64,000 nt of DNA, from assembly GCA_030390025.1 (NCBI GenBank), contig CM059432.1, positions 43,836,001 to 43,900,000 of the forward strand. Direction: 5' to 3'. The stretch comes from Squalus acanthias. Taxonomy: Eukaryota. The position numbers and the translations under genes are program-made. Positions within the stretch are counted from its first letter, which is position 1, and every line of letters starts with the position of its first letter. The notes beneath the pieces were generated by a model, which saw only the letters and a list, made by a program, of their open reading frames with translations, ran no database searches and was not told the origin of the DNA. This document shows, piece after piece, positions 1 through 13,318 of this stretch.

Positions 1-85
1 TGTCTTGATCAACATTCCTCCCTCAAGCAACACTACCAAAAACTGGTCATTCATCTCAGTGCTATTTGTGGGATCTTGCTGTTTT
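1..85 (+). mobile_element. Fragment of Deu-domain SINE (same family as 8670-9163)
   Basis: aacattcctccctcaagcaacact...tttgtgggatcttgctgt matches the reverse complement of part of the SINE at 8670-9163. Confidence 0.6.
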
Positions 86-1188
86 TACCTAGATTACAGC
101 TGTAACTGCATTCCAGAGTGATTAATTTGGGGTAGGCAGAAGCTCCACCCACAAGCAAAGCTACAGGAGACTCTCAGACAAAGTGAGGAGCTAATGCATC
201 TGAGCCCTGGTTTGTTTTTCAGCCACACTCCTGCTAGAGTTGCAATGGGAAGTGCACCAGAAAGGCCACAGGATATTGGCCCCATAATGCAAAACCACAA
301 AATCAAATATGGCTAAGAAGATCATTTAGAGCTCCACTGCCTATGGAGCTTCTCTTAAGTTCACTCCAGATGGATGAAGGAAGCACCCAGTGAAATCTCA
401 CTCTAACCAGATGGGAAATCTTGCAATGCTTCATTTAAATGCAGTCCATTGCCTGTTCTGGCATGCAGTTAGGCACCACTATTTCCAGAATTAAGCAATA
501 TTCCAATGTTAAATATTTTATGTTCAAAAAAGTATGCCTCATATTTTCAGTGAAAATCTAAATGACACATGCAAATGTCAGAGATTCCCTGAAAATTCAG
601 TTTGGCCAACTAGTTCAGCTCTGGGTAGCAATTTAGATTGCCTTTAATATGTTTCTGTTAAGAGTCACATTGAAAAATGGACAATATTCTGACTGCAATT
701 TCAGTCTCCACAAATTTATGTGGAGTAAACCTGATGACAAGATAAGGTAGTAATAGCTAGAGAGGATAGATGAATATATTTTCATTTTGGAGGATACTAG
801 CTTACTTAGGTTACATTTTCCACTCACAGCACCCTCTTGCTGATAGCCCACAAGGGACCCTTATCTTTTGTGGATAATAATCATAAAAGTATGTATATAT
901 GTGTTGACATCTCAAAATGGTATAGAAAGCACCTGATCAACAAGACGGACTACCACATCTTAAAGTGCACTCAGAAAATTTGGTTTAAAAAACCAGATTG
1001 ACAAAATAGAAATTTCTCTGCCCATGGAAAAAAACTTTTTTAAAGGCAATTATTAGTATTGCCGATAATAAAATTAGAAATATGGTTCGTGGTAAATTTT
1101 AATTCTAGCTTAAAAGTTTAAATATTAGTATTATCCGATCTGTTTATTGAACTACTCTTAAGTTTTATTATTATTATTAAGAAGCCAC

Positions 1189-1786
1189 AGGGGCGATCTT
1201 CCACTTCCGCCTGAAACGGGCATGAAGTCAGCGGAGTGGCCCTGCCGCCCGCCCATTGGTGCCGGTGTGAGGCCTGAGCTATTTTGAGTCCCACTGCAGC
1301 TCGCCATTTCTGGGAGGGTGCAAAATTGGCCAAATCCCATGCTGGTTGGCAGGTATGGTCTAGCGGTGGGGGGGAATGGGAGGGGATGGCTATCCAGTGG
1401 GCAATGGGGTCTCGAAAGGGCTGGCAGCCGACCGGAGATTTTTTTGGATGCCCAGCTGCAGCACTCCTGCTCCTTCTGGACTCACCACAAAAATAAAAAT
1501 TACAAGTTTCCTGGTCCATTTTTTGAGCGACTACCAGCAGTCCCTCGAAGGACCTGTTGGTTAAACTGCTCACCGCATGGTCCCGGCGTAGGACCCCGAT
1601 TTGCATATTTAAGCAGTCTCCAGCCTGTCTCAGGTCGGCAGATTGCTTGCCAATTTACAGGCCCGTGTGAAAATGGCATCAGGCGGGTCTTGAGCATTAA
1701 TGGGGCAGCCAAGGTGCCATCCTGCAACCCCCCACCCCACCAATTTTCAATTACTAACGGGCAGCCGGCAGTTGAAAATCGCCCCC
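1189..1786. mobile_element. Non-autonomous Harbinger-like MITE
   Basis: Imperfect TIRs ggggcgatcttcca / ttgaaaatcgcccc; GC-rich island in AT-rich flanks; TSD unclear. Confidence 0.6.
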
Positions 1787-1999
1787 CTGATCACTTTATT
1801 GCAATTCATACAGTGTGTATGCATGCCTACTTCTTCTTACCACTGTGTTTCTCCCTAGGGTCTGTGTGTGATGTTTGAACTCTTAAAACTAATCTAGTGT
1901 TCCTCCTAGATGATACCTGAGTGGCAAGAATGCATTAGCTGACTGGTTGCTACGTCTCATGATGAGCATCTTGGGACTGAGGTGGTCTTTGTCCCATGA

Positions 2000-2330
2000 C
2001 AGCAGCAAATTTGTGCACAACAAGGTAACAACATAAATTACCACATAATCTGTTGTTTTAAGTGATGTTGATTGAGGGATACATATTGGCCAGGGCACCA
2101 GTGAAACTCCCATGCTCTTCTTCAAATAATACCATGGGATCTTTTTCATCCATCTGGCAGAGCAGACAGGGCCTCAGTTTAACACCTCATCTGAGAGTCA
2201 GCATGTCTGACAATGCAGCATACCCTCAGTGTTACACTGAAGTGGCAGCCTAGGTTATGTACTCATGTCTCTAAAGTGGGGCTTAAATACACAATCTTCT
2301 AAGAGCTATCACTGAGCCAAGGCTGACAGC
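2000..2330 (-). mobile_element. tRNA-derived Deu-domain SINE (SacSINE1/AmnSINE-like), decayed
   Basis: Colinear with 8800-9160, including the tRNA-like head (plus strand actgagccaaggctgaca). Confidence 0.7.
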
Positions 2331-2369
2331 TGTGTGAAGCAAGTATATGTTTAGAGTAAGAATAGGGAA

Positions 2370-3400
2370 AGGAAATACATCATAAATGGTATGATTTTAA
2401 ATAGAGTAGATATGCAGACCAATCTCGGTGTGCAAATACACAGGTCATTAAAGATGGTTATGCAAATAGATAAGACTGTAAAAAAAAGGCAGACAGAATC
2501 CTTGGTTTTGTATCCTTGGGCATAAAATACAAAAATGAAGAGGTAATGTTGAACTTGTACAAGACCTTACTTAGGCCACATTAATAGAATTGTGTGAAAT
2601 TTTGGGCTGTTCATTATAGGTGGGATATGAAAATATTGGAAAAGGTGCAGCACAAATACACTACAATAATACCAAGGATGAGGGGTTAGAGTTATAAAAG
2701 AGATTGAGAAGTTAAGGCTTTTTCACGGTAACGGAGAAGGTTGGCAGGGGCGGGGGGGTGACCTGACAGAATCTTGAATAGGAAGATTGTAATTAGGTAA
2801 ATAGTGATAGATTGTTTCTATTGGTTATCAATATGGTAATGGGAGGGTACAAATTAAGATAATCACAAAAGAATAGCGGGGTGGCTAGGGGGTTGCCAAC
2901 TCTGGCTGGACATATTCCTGGAGGTTTCATCACATGACCTCCCATCTCAAATCCCCCCACCCCCGCTCAGTCAAACAACCTTTTATGCCATCTCCAATAT
3001 TTCGATAACTAATCAACAAAAGCTTACAAAAAAATGGGGGGGAAAAAAAATCACAATTTTTTCAATGCCCCTATGATTTTTCTCTTGGTTTGCTCCAGGA
3101 GATTCATCTCTAAATCCTGGGGAGTCCAGGACAATCCTGGAGAGTTGGCAACTCTATGGGCAGGGGGCAGAAAAACAGAGGATGCATATAATGTGGAATT
3201 CTCTACCACAAATCATTGTTGATGCAGCATCTTTTAAAAGGTAATTAGTTGCTTGAAAAAGAGGAATATTAAATGGTATAGGAATCGAGCAGTACTGTGG
3301 GATTAGACTGAGTGGCTCATGTGGAGAAACACATTGGCGGAGACTTGGTAGGACGAGTGACCTGTTTCTATGCTGGAACATTTTATGATTCTGTGATACG
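2370..3400 (+). mobile_element. Old degenerate CR1 LINE 3' part, interrupted at 2886-3156
   Basis: Decayed similarity to the CR1 RT C-terminus and 3' UTR seen in younger copies in this window. Confidence 0.6.
2886..3156. mobile_element. hAT-like MITE (TAGGGTTGCCA-type TIR)
   Basis: TIRs taggggg-ttgccaactct / agagttggcaactcta; 8-bp TSD not clearly preserved. Confidence 0.6.
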
Positions 3401-4168
3401 ATATTGTTTGATTGCAAACACACGGTGAACAAACCACTCAATGAAGTGAAACACTGACCTCTAAAGGTCAGAGGAGGCAACTGAAACTTAAAAATCAGAA
3501 TTGCAAGCTTTAAAGTTCAGGGTCAGGTTTAGGCTTAATGCAGGGTAATTTTGTCTAAATTACAGTTGTTTAAATATTTAAAGAAGCTGCATTTATAGAT
3601 TTTACATTTACAATTGAAGTTTTGATTGTAGAATAACTAATGGTTTGACGAAAGGCACTGCATTGGTAAGTGGTTTATAGAAAGTACTTGTGGAACGTCA
3701 TTCAAAAGGAGTATTAATGTGCAAATATATATTAGGTGGCTGAATTATTATTGTCTCACTAGATGAACAACTAATACATAGAGAGGGAAAATATTATTTG
3801 GCAATTAGTCACAATGCTAAACAGCCTCATCATTGTACAAATGCCAGATTGGAGAGGGGTTTAGGGCCAGTGTAGGCTCTCCTGATGAAAAGTAAATCTC
3901 ACACAGAACAACTAAGCTATTTATATACTCTTCATGTAAATTTTTTGGAGGGGGAATGCCAAGAAAATGTTACTCCATGTATAAGATTTAAAATCATCAA
4001 TAGTCCTTTATTTATTTTAGTGTTTAATAAATAAGGTTGAGTAGAAAACTTCAGATCACAAATGTCACTGTACTATTTTCTTTATAGTGTACTTAATATG
4101 CAAAATTCCTGTAATAGCTGCTCATCTAGTGATCCTTTGAGACCCTATAGTAATAACTCAGACACTAT

Positions 4169-4948
4169 GGCCCGGATTTTGCGGTCAGTAGCAAAGTGAC
4201 GGCGCTCGCTGTTGATCTCGAAGAAAGCTGCCCACAAAGATCTAGTGATCTTTGTGGCGTGGATTTCACCTTTCCCGACATTAATTTCATTCTGGCGTCA
4301 CCTATAGGGGATCTCTGGCGTCCAGCAACAGTGATGTCATCAAGCAGGCTAAGCAGACAATCACATTGAAAAATTCTCACAGACAGCAAACCAGGAAGTA
4401 AAATGCATTGATTATCCTTCACTTTTAATCATTTTACAGAGAGTGATATAAAGATTGGGACATATACATGAGATTAAGGTAGAAGCTGAAATATCATAAA
4501 CAAACTTGTAAAAAAAAGTTTAAATTATATTAAAACCTAAGGAATTTTTATCATAATGGAGAAATTTGACATTCCACACATATAAAATTAATTTTTCAGG
4601 GCCAGAGGGGTTGTTCAGCAGTAGTTATGGCTTAGTACAGCGTTAATACAGCGTTAAAAACCCAGTTATACCTCATTCAATAAGGTTTAACTTTTTGGGG
4701 GGGGTTTCAGCAAGATTAGAGCATAAAAAATGGCAGTCCACGTCAATTCAAATGATGTCTAAAGATTTCCATCTGCAGGGACTTCAATAGCGCACCCTGT
4801 GGAGGAGCAGGGAATCACTGACAGCAACTTCTAGATTTCTGCGTTTAACTGTGCATGTGCGGACACCAGAAGTTGCTGTCAGTTTCACAGAGTAATGACG
4901 GTGAATGCTGACAGTTTTGCCGTCATTACAACCCCAAAAGTCTGGACC
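4169..4948. mobile_element. Non-autonomous Harbinger-like MITE
   Basis: TIRs ggcccggattttg / caaaagtctggacc; flanking trinucleotides tat/aat. Confidence 0.65.
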
Positions 4949-6525
4949 AATATATTTGCACATTAATATTCCTTTTAAATGGCATTCCACAAATACTTTT
5001 CACAAACCACATTATCAAAATAATTGCAAAATGCCTTGTGTATGCGTCTGCATATGGTTTAGTCATCAGAGTAAATTCTGCTGTATTTCAGTAATAATTT
5101 ATGAAATTATACTATTTGTGAGCATTCATTTCTGAGCCCTCAATCTGACTTCTAGCACCCCACTTAATACTGTTGCAAGATGTGTGGTTTTCCTATAAAC
5201 CGCTCCATGACTTTTGATGTTCATGACACAAGAGGCATGATTTTCCCAGCTGCAGTAGCTGTAATACTGCTGACAATACCATGGTTTTACACCTGGCAGG
5301 AACAGTAATGAGCTAGTACAAAGTTTCCAATTTTCTCTTGTGCCCAAGCTCCAGGACTTGAACCGTGCATCGCAAATGTCTTTTGGTAACTTTTTTTTTC
5401 CATTCCCTTAGGGGCACCACAGCCAAGCAGTATAGGTCACTGGATAGTTGTAGCATTTCCCACCACTGCCACTCACTGCAATTGATGAACTCAGCAAGGA
5501 CCAGAGAATGAAGCTGGAGCCTTCCTGAACCAACCACTGCACTTACCCACTCCGCCAACATGACAGCTCATTTTGTAAATTTTAAGCAAATGTTTGAAAG
5601 AATTTTGAATAGTTTATATACGTATTATTATTGTAATCATTGATTCCTGTTCTCTGGTGTTTTCTTGGTAGCAGATAAAGAAAAAGGCCTCTGCCGCGTG
5701 AAGGTATGAAAAGGTGGATAATAACATTAATTTTGGCTATCGAGTGATAAGATTACGTTCATGCCCACTATTCCCCATACAGAGACATGCCAATCTACAG
5801 GGGCTGTCAGAGAATAGTACTAACCAATGGCCAAGCACACTCCTCGAATAAGGAAGAGAACAATCACAGACAAGTCCGCACCACTGCTTTTGTGCGCCTC
5901 CTAATGCTCAGTCAAGGAGTGACATTACCTAAAGCTTCAAAAAAAAGTCACTGCTTCACTCTCTTATTCAGGCAATAATGCAAAGAGCAGAAAACAAAAT
6001 AATAAATAAAAAGCGTCAGAGAAAACAAATAGTAAATTTGGGATCTACACCACCATGGGAAAAATTGAAATTATGGGAAGAACTGGATTCACCACAACCA
6101 TAGTTTATAACGAATCTGCTTCTGTTGCCCTGGGGAAAATCTTACCCAGCTTTCCCACGTTAGGTAGCAGAGCAGCTGCTATTCTTTTCTTGGGGAAATG
6201 CCAACGAAATGTTTTGAATGAACACTAGAATAGGACTATCCAGTAGAATGCAAAATCTCCCTTGAGGTGTGATTTGTGTTATCAAGCCTTTTCTCATATA
6301 AAGTACTTATATGGAAATGGGGTCAGCATGCAGGGGGAGGACTGAGTCCCAAAGCAGCTGTATTACTATATTTGGCATAAGTTCAATTAAATTATTGAAC
6401 TTCTGAGGGAATTCAATAATAAGTGAGAGAGTAAGTGTGAGAATGAGGCAAGAAAAAGAGGATTAGGAAAAAAGTGACGGTAAAGGAATAAAAAATGGCT
6501 TCATTTGGCATGTTTAGGAAACCAA

Positions 6526-8117
6526 GGGGGACAAATTAGTGTGGTTTGCACCACATGTTAGCGCCAGGAGATGGTGCTGAAATGCCGTTGACAGCTATAA
6601 CGACAGCTGATGCCGGTTCCAACGCCGCATGCCATATCGGTAGTGCTGCTGGTAACCTCGATCGGTAGGGAGCTCGCCATGATAGAGGTTGTGACATCAG
6701 TGAGTGTGTAATGCTCACTGGACACCCGATCTCTAACATTGGATTTAGCCACTTACCTTAATGGCAGTGCAGAACAACGACAGGGAGAGCTGGCTGCAGC
6801 AGCGATATTCAAAGGCACCATCCCCAATCAGCTGTACCTGACAGGGTTTTGCAGTTTCAGTGTCTGTTTTCTACTTCCTGCAACTGAAACAGCTCTCTTC
6901 AGTTATTTCAAGTTTTTTTGGTGACAGGGAGTGTTCATTCAAGTGCAGAAGTCACTCATTATTTGTTAAAGGCTTCTGCTCACAACACTTCCTCACAGTC
7001 ATGGGGGCTGCGGGATTACCTCAGGAGGACGATGAGGCAGAGGAGGACGAGGAGGAAGAGAACGAGGAGAAAGAGGACGAACAGGAGGGAGGGCGGAGGC
7101 AGCAAGATAATCGACCTTCTTGACGGGCTGTCCATGACCGGCTCATCAGACTCCAATTCACATGAATGAAACCCCAGATCCCCATAGCTCACCACATCCC
7201 CATCATACAATCCCTGTCTCACGCAATATCACAGTGTCCTCCTGGGCGCAAAGGTGAAATGAGAGAGGCCACAAAATATTCCAAACACCATTAATAAATG
7301 TATCTATAAAAATATCACACATATGACATGAATTCTAATAACTAATGACCCTTGTGGCTGCCATAGTTGAATAGCTGTCATTGTGTGTGAGGTGTGAGAT
7401 GTGGGTGTGAGTGTTGCTAGGTAGAGATTGTAGGTGAGTGAGTGCTGGGGGTGTGGTACATTGAGCAGTGTGTGACGCTTCTGGTACAGATGATGGTATG
7501 TAGCATTTGTTGAAGGCTTCACTCACCCTGACCACCTGTGTGAGCTCGTTAAACTTCCTCCTGTACTGGGTATGGGACCTGGGGACCACAGAGCTGCCTG
7601 TGACGTGGTGTGCCACCTCCCTCCACATAGTCCGCCAGACTTGTGGCGAGGGTCTCCTGCCAGTTGGTACAGGACCACCCACCTTCTCTCCACCATTAAA
7701 ACCAATGCCTCCAAAGCTTCATCGGAAAACCTCTGGGCTCTCTCCCTATGGGTGGTCATCTGCCATCAGCATTTGTAAATAAGTGCTCCTTCTCTTTGTC
7801 CTCCTTCTTATGGTTGTTGAGGCAGCTGTACACCCAACAATGCTGAGAATGAGGTGCTGCAGCATCAATGGCCTCTCTAAGCAATGAAAAAGCCTGTGGC
7901 AATCATTACTTGCAATTAGACTATACCCGATATTGGTCCATCTTTTAAGTGTAACGCCAATGAGCTTTGATTTTTAGATTAGATTTATGTCTGCAATCAT
8001 TTTAATGAGGAGTGAGGACGAATTTTGCATGCAGTCTGGACGATTTTCACCTGGCACTACTTAACCATTTTTGGTCTAAACACCGCCCATGCCTTGGCTA
8101 TAACGAATTTCTAGCCC
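6526..8117 (+). mobile_element. Internally deleted PIF/Harbinger element H1
   Basis: TIRs gggggacaaattag / cgaatttctagccc; TSD caa/taa; retains the acidic transposase C-terminus (7001-7167) and Myb exon 1 on the minus strand. Confidence 0.8.
7526..7766 (-). pseudogene. Harbinger Myb/SANT-like protein exon 1 (frameshifted)
   Basis: RERAQRFSDEALEALV...MWREVAHHV...RRKFNELTQVVR followed by a gtgagt donor. Confidence 0.8.
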
Positions 8118-8669
8118 TAATATTCTGGCAAACAAAAATGATATCGACCGTTACGTATCATAAGTATATTATTGATTGAAACTGAAGTAAAGCAAGTTGA
8201 AACTGGTGCAGTTGGTATTTTTGAAGAGCTTTAGGTTTAGTTTTAAGAGTGATTATTCTTGTAGTGAGAATGAAATATTAATTTTGGGAAACTGTTCCAC
8301 AGCAGAAACCTGAGAGTCTTGAGATCTTCACAGTAGCTCAGTGACTCTCAATATCAAGATTACAATGGTAGTAGACTATCGTCGGAGCTCTGTGACTGAC
8401 CTCCACACCTCTTTATTCGTCATGCAGTAAGGCAGGGACTTGAATCCTGGTGTTATGTTGCTCTTTTGTTGATTTGTTTGTACTGCAGCTGTGTCATGTC
8501 TTGCAGGTTGTTAGCTAATTCAAAGATTAGCTCATTCACCTTTTGATGGCAATTCCTCCATTAAGAGACTCACACCCCTCCTCTAGGCGTTCATTCGCCA
8601 AAAGCCGTTGGTAATTTCTGGAGGTGGCCAGGTTACTTAATTGACGCCCAGAACTCGGCATTGACCAAT

Positions 8670-9163
8670 AAAGAAAAAAAAAGAAAGACTTGCATTTCTA
8701 TAGCACCTTTCACGACCTCAGGACATCCCAAAGTGCTTTACAGCCAATGAAGTACTTTTTTTTGAAGTGTAGTCACTGTTGTAATGTAGGAAACACGGCA
8801 GCCAATTTGTGCACAGCAAGCTCCCACAGACAGCAATGTGATAATGACCAGATAATCTGTCTTTTTTTTAGTGATGTTGGTTGAGGGATAAATATTGGAC
8901 AGGACACTGGGAATAACTCCCCTGCTCTTTTTTGAATAGTGACATGGGATCTTTTTTTCATCCATCTGAGAGGGCAGATGGGGCCTCACTTTAATGTCTC
9001 ATCCAAAAGACAGCACCTCCAGCAGTGCAGCACTCTCTCGGTACTGCATTGAAGGATCAGCCTAGATTTTTGTGCTCAAGTCTCCTGGAGTGGGAATTGA
9101 ACTAACTTCAATCTTCTGACTCAGAGGTAAGCGTGCTAACAACTGAGCCACAGCTGACACCTA
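8670..9163 (-). mobile_element. Near full-length tRNA-derived Deu-domain SINE with L2-type tail
   Basis: Minus-strand head gtggctcagttg...gttcaattccc (A/B boxes), central domain, tail ...gctatagaaatgcaagtctttc. Confidence 0.8.
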
Positions 9164-9424
9164 AGTTGACCATCCCAGGTAGGACCATCTACTGTCATTA
9201 CAATAGTAGGTTTTAACACTTGACTTGACTTCAAACAGTATTTATATAGCGACACAGAGATCAAAGATTTTCTCAGCAATAAAATCACTGTTGGTTATGA
9301 GTCCACACCTATAGAATATTGATTTCAATTCTTTAAGAGTGCAGTTTGCTTGCTTGTATAATTTAATCTTTCTTACGTGCTGATTGAGATATTCAACTGA
9401 CTCAGTGAACATCTAAAGTATATT

Positions 9425-10100
9425 GGCCCGGATATTCCGATCCCTACGGGTGGGTACGCACTGTGTACCCACCCGTAGGGACATCGGAAATGCCGGTTTC
9501 AAGTATACTGAAAACCGGCATTTCCGATCTGTCAAGAATGATCTTGACAGATCCTCCGGCTGCCCTGGAGAAGGGCCTCTGCGGGCGGATAGTTCCGCTT
9601 TTTGGAGACCCTCCGCCCGCAGAAAACCCTTACAATTCTTATGCCTGGTAAAAGCATAAGACCTGCTTTTACCAGGATAAGATTTGAAAAAAGTAAAAAT
9701 ACTTTAAAAAAAAGGTAAGTTCATTTTTAGCCCCGTAAAAAACTTTAATTATTTTTTTCAAAAAATTAAATTTTTGTTTAAAATGTTTAATTTATTGTAA
9801 TTTCAAGTCATTTTAAAAATGTGATTTAAAAAAAAATTTATTTATAGTTTTACTATGTTTTTGGGGTGATCTCCATTCATATATTTGACAGGTCTTCCTG
9901 TCAAGTGTATGAAGGGAGATTCCCTTCTGTGATTGGCTCCCCATGGCCCACGTGATCCCAGGGACGCTGCGAACTACATGCGCCTCTGGGATACGTGGGT
10001 CCTGCACACTTGGAGTTTGGAGAGGCCCAGGTAAGGGCGTAGATTTTTCCAGATCGCAGGCCTCCGCACGCGGGAGGCCTGCGATCGGAAAATACGGGCC
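9425..10100. mobile_element. Harbinger MITE
   Basis: TIRs ggcccggatattccgatc / gatcggaaaatacgggcc; TSD att/att; related (inverted) to 19721-20484. Confidence 0.8.
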
Positions 10101-11204
10101 ATTATTGCATTTATTTTCATAATTTCCTTTTTACTGAACATGAGCAGTCTTTTCCCCAATATCTGTGTATGTACATAGGGTATAAGTAATGTTGGAACTT
10201 TGTAGCATTGTTTGAGAACTACACTGTATGTATGGTAATTACATGAGTCTCATTATGTATAAACAGTGGTTTGAGAATACAACAAAACTCGTGAAACACA
10301 CTCCAGGGAAGGCCCAAGTGCAATTGCCAGTTACAATCAGGAGTGAAGTTGCATGGAACTAACTTCCAGCTTGATGTCCTCCAGAAGAGAAAGTGTGCAT
10401 TAAAGGAAAGGATAAGAAAATGGGCCGTGAGAAAGGGTAGCCTTGATACATATTTTTATTTGAGAAATGTATAACTCACTTTTTGAAAAAATATCAAAAA
10501 CGTAATTAAACCTGAATGTTAAAAGAAAAATAACTCCTAGAAAGACGTGCTGAGTACTTTGGCAAAAGACTCTCTGTCTACACAAAGACACGAGCTATAC
10601 AGGTGCTGAAACATGTGGGAGATTTGGCACCAGGAGCAGGCTCCATAATTATATTCACATTTCCACGGCAGGCAGGAGACTTACACATGCTGGCTATTTT
10701 ATAAATGTACAGGCTGAAGACAAACAAGAGTTGGCACTAGACTCTGACCAGCTGGATCATGGGCTGCAGTCACATATATATTTAAAGGACCAACCCTTCT
10801 TCCTATTTTGAAAGCAAAAATGATAGCTAATTATAATGATCCTGTGCTATAACGGGAATATGGTATATTTGTGTATATTGGAAACTTATGTTTAATCTTA
10901 TTACATTTAAACTGCAGCAAAAATGTGTTTGGAATGACAAAGGCACATGATGTCCTGTCCTGTCCTGTTCTGACTGTTTGACACAGCAAATCTCTTTTGT
11001 CAGGTTCTGAAAAGGAAAAGACAGAGATTGATTTAATGTAGTGCCTGGGAACTAGCAAACATTTCCTTTTTCTTTAAAGGTGGCATGAAAACATCTACTA
11101 TTTTGTTAAGTATTTGAGACCCTTTAAAAAAATAGCTTAAAGGGGCAGTCAATTTTGAACAATTGTTATTTAAGCGTTTTGTCACTGTTTTATTAAAACA
11201 TAAT

Positions 11205-11354
11205 GGAGTAGATTCTAACTTTCACCGCCAGGAAGAAATCTGGTGACAGCGATCGGCCACTGAAGTCAATGGAAAGGAAAATCGGGCGGAGTATAGAACT
11301 GATGATTCGCAGTCACCAACTTTGTGCCCAGCGTGGAAGTTTAAAATCTACCCC
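11205..11354. mobile_element. 150-bp Harbinger MITE
   Basis: TIRs ggagtagattctaa / ttaaaatctacccc; TSD aat/aat. Confidence 0.7.
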
Positions 11355-11726
11355 AATGTAATTTGTGTTGCCATAGTTGTTTGCTTCAGAAACATTTGCT
11401 CAAAACATTGTTACACGACAAAAATGTAATTGTGTCACTTGCTGTGTGACAGCAACATGACATGCTGCTCTTCTAAAATGTGATGATCGTCCCTTATGAC
11501 TACTTGATCCTGATAGTCTCAAAATCATTTATTTATGATTTTTTTTAAATGTAGTTTTACTTCTACCCCTGCGCTATGTGAAAATAGCACTGTTGAAATT
11601 GCTGTTGATGATATTAATGAATATTTAACATATCACATTCTTCTGTCTGTTGTTTTAACGCAGGGATTATTTTAATGCCTTAATGGTTTATGCCTCCTCT
11701 AAAATAGCAGACAGAGCAATGTGATA

Positions 11727-12010
11727 TAGAAACATAGAAACATAGAATCTAGGAGCAGGAGTAGGCCATTTGGCCCGTCGAGCCTGCTCCACCATTCAAT
11801 ACGATCATGGCTGATCATCCAAATCCAGTACCCTGTCCCTGCTTTAATCCCCACAGTACACATATCCCACCCTACCCCCGTAACCCCACGTATTTAATTC
11901 CCCCTAACATATCCCATCCTATCCCCATAACCCCACATATTTAATCCCCCCCTAACACTAAGGGTCAATTTATCATAGCCAAATCAACCTAACCCGCACA
12001 TTTTTGGACA
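11727..12010 (-). mobile_element. CR1 3' tail plus V-SINE (HE1-like) fragment with a ~48-bp tandem duplication
   Basis: (atagaaac)n tail and CR1 stem-loop at 11727-11845; duplicated unit 11861-11907/11909-11957; actaagggtcaatttatcatagccaaatcaacctaacc V-SINE-like core. Confidence 0.6.
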
Positions 12011-12749
12011 CTATTAAACCTTCTTCTGCTAATACTGGTTGTTATCAGTTCTGGGCCTATATTTGTGCTGTCACACACAATGCCACTTCCTACTGGTCGA
12101 CTCTCTGGCATGCCAACAGATTGACACAAAAAGATGTAAAAAAGAAGTTTAAAAAGTCCATTTGAAATAAATTTTAAATATTTATTTCAAAATAGGTTCA
12201 GGTACAGTGAGTCACAGGGGAAGAAATTCAGTTGGTTAGCACCTCCCATTAGCGCCTGGCAGGAGTGCTAACGGGGCACTAATGAAGTAGTGCCGGGGCG
12301 CGGCAAATCCAGTGCCGCACGTCAAATCCAGTCGCCCCTTAGCGCCGCCACTAACAGAGAGTGCCTGGGGCTTTAGCACCAGGCAGATCACGATGTTAGT
12401 GAGCGTGCAACACTCACTGAGCGCCCGATCTGCCAAATTGATTATCGCCCCCTGCCTTAGCGCCTTGCCCCGACAATGACAGGAAGAGGAAGCGTGAAGC
12501 AGCCGGATGGCAGCTCCAGGGGCGATATTTAAAGGGATCAGTCACAGCTGCCAGGTTGGTGCTGTTTCACTGCTTCCTTATCAGTTTGCGATTGTGCAAG
12601 AGTTCAATTCAGTCATTTGAAGGTTCTTTAGTATCAGGAGTGTTGTGGCTACTAAAAATTTGTTACATTTATTCTGACAAAATTTCAAAGTGCTACACAT
12701 TGTTACATTAATGCAGGCTGTACTGTCAGTCGACTTTGCCCTCTAGGAT

Positions 12750-12860
12750 CTAAGAACATAAGAACATAAGAAATAGGAGCAGGAGTAGTCCAATCGGCCC
12801 CTCGAGCCTGCTCCGCCATTCAATGAGATCATGGCTGATCTGATCCAACCTCAACTCTAA
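12750..12860 (-). mobile_element. Short 5'-truncated CR1 tail
   Basis: (taagaaca)n plus CR1 3' stem-loop. Confidence 0.8.
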
Positions 12861-13318
12861 AGAACACAAGAAGTACTGCGGAGGGAGCAGAGGCAGCAAG
12901 AAAGATTGCAAGATGTGACCAGAGGAAGGAGCCATCAGGACTCTCAACAGGAGGCCTTACCTTCCTAGGGTATTCCGAGAGCACTTCTCCTACCTCCAAT
13001 TAAACGAGGAGCAATGCATTACAAGGCTCCGCTTCAGCAAAGATGTGGTCACAGAGCTCTGCCACCTCCTGCAACCAGACCTCGAGCCTCAGATCAGGTC
13101 GACCACGGCTCTCTCAGTGGCAGTCAAGGTCACCGTCGCCCTCAATTTCTTTGCCAGTGGTTCCTTCCAGTCTGCAACAGGAGATATAGCGAACATCTTG
13201 CAGCTCATCATCCACCGCTACATCCAGGAGGTGACAGAGGCTCTCTACAGTAGGAGAAGGGATTACATTACCTTCCCTATCACCAGAGAGAAGCAAGACA
13301 AACGTGCATGTGGCTTTG

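Noticed and set aside
9085..9163. tRNA gene
   Set aside because: tRNA-derived SINE head without a complete cloverleaf
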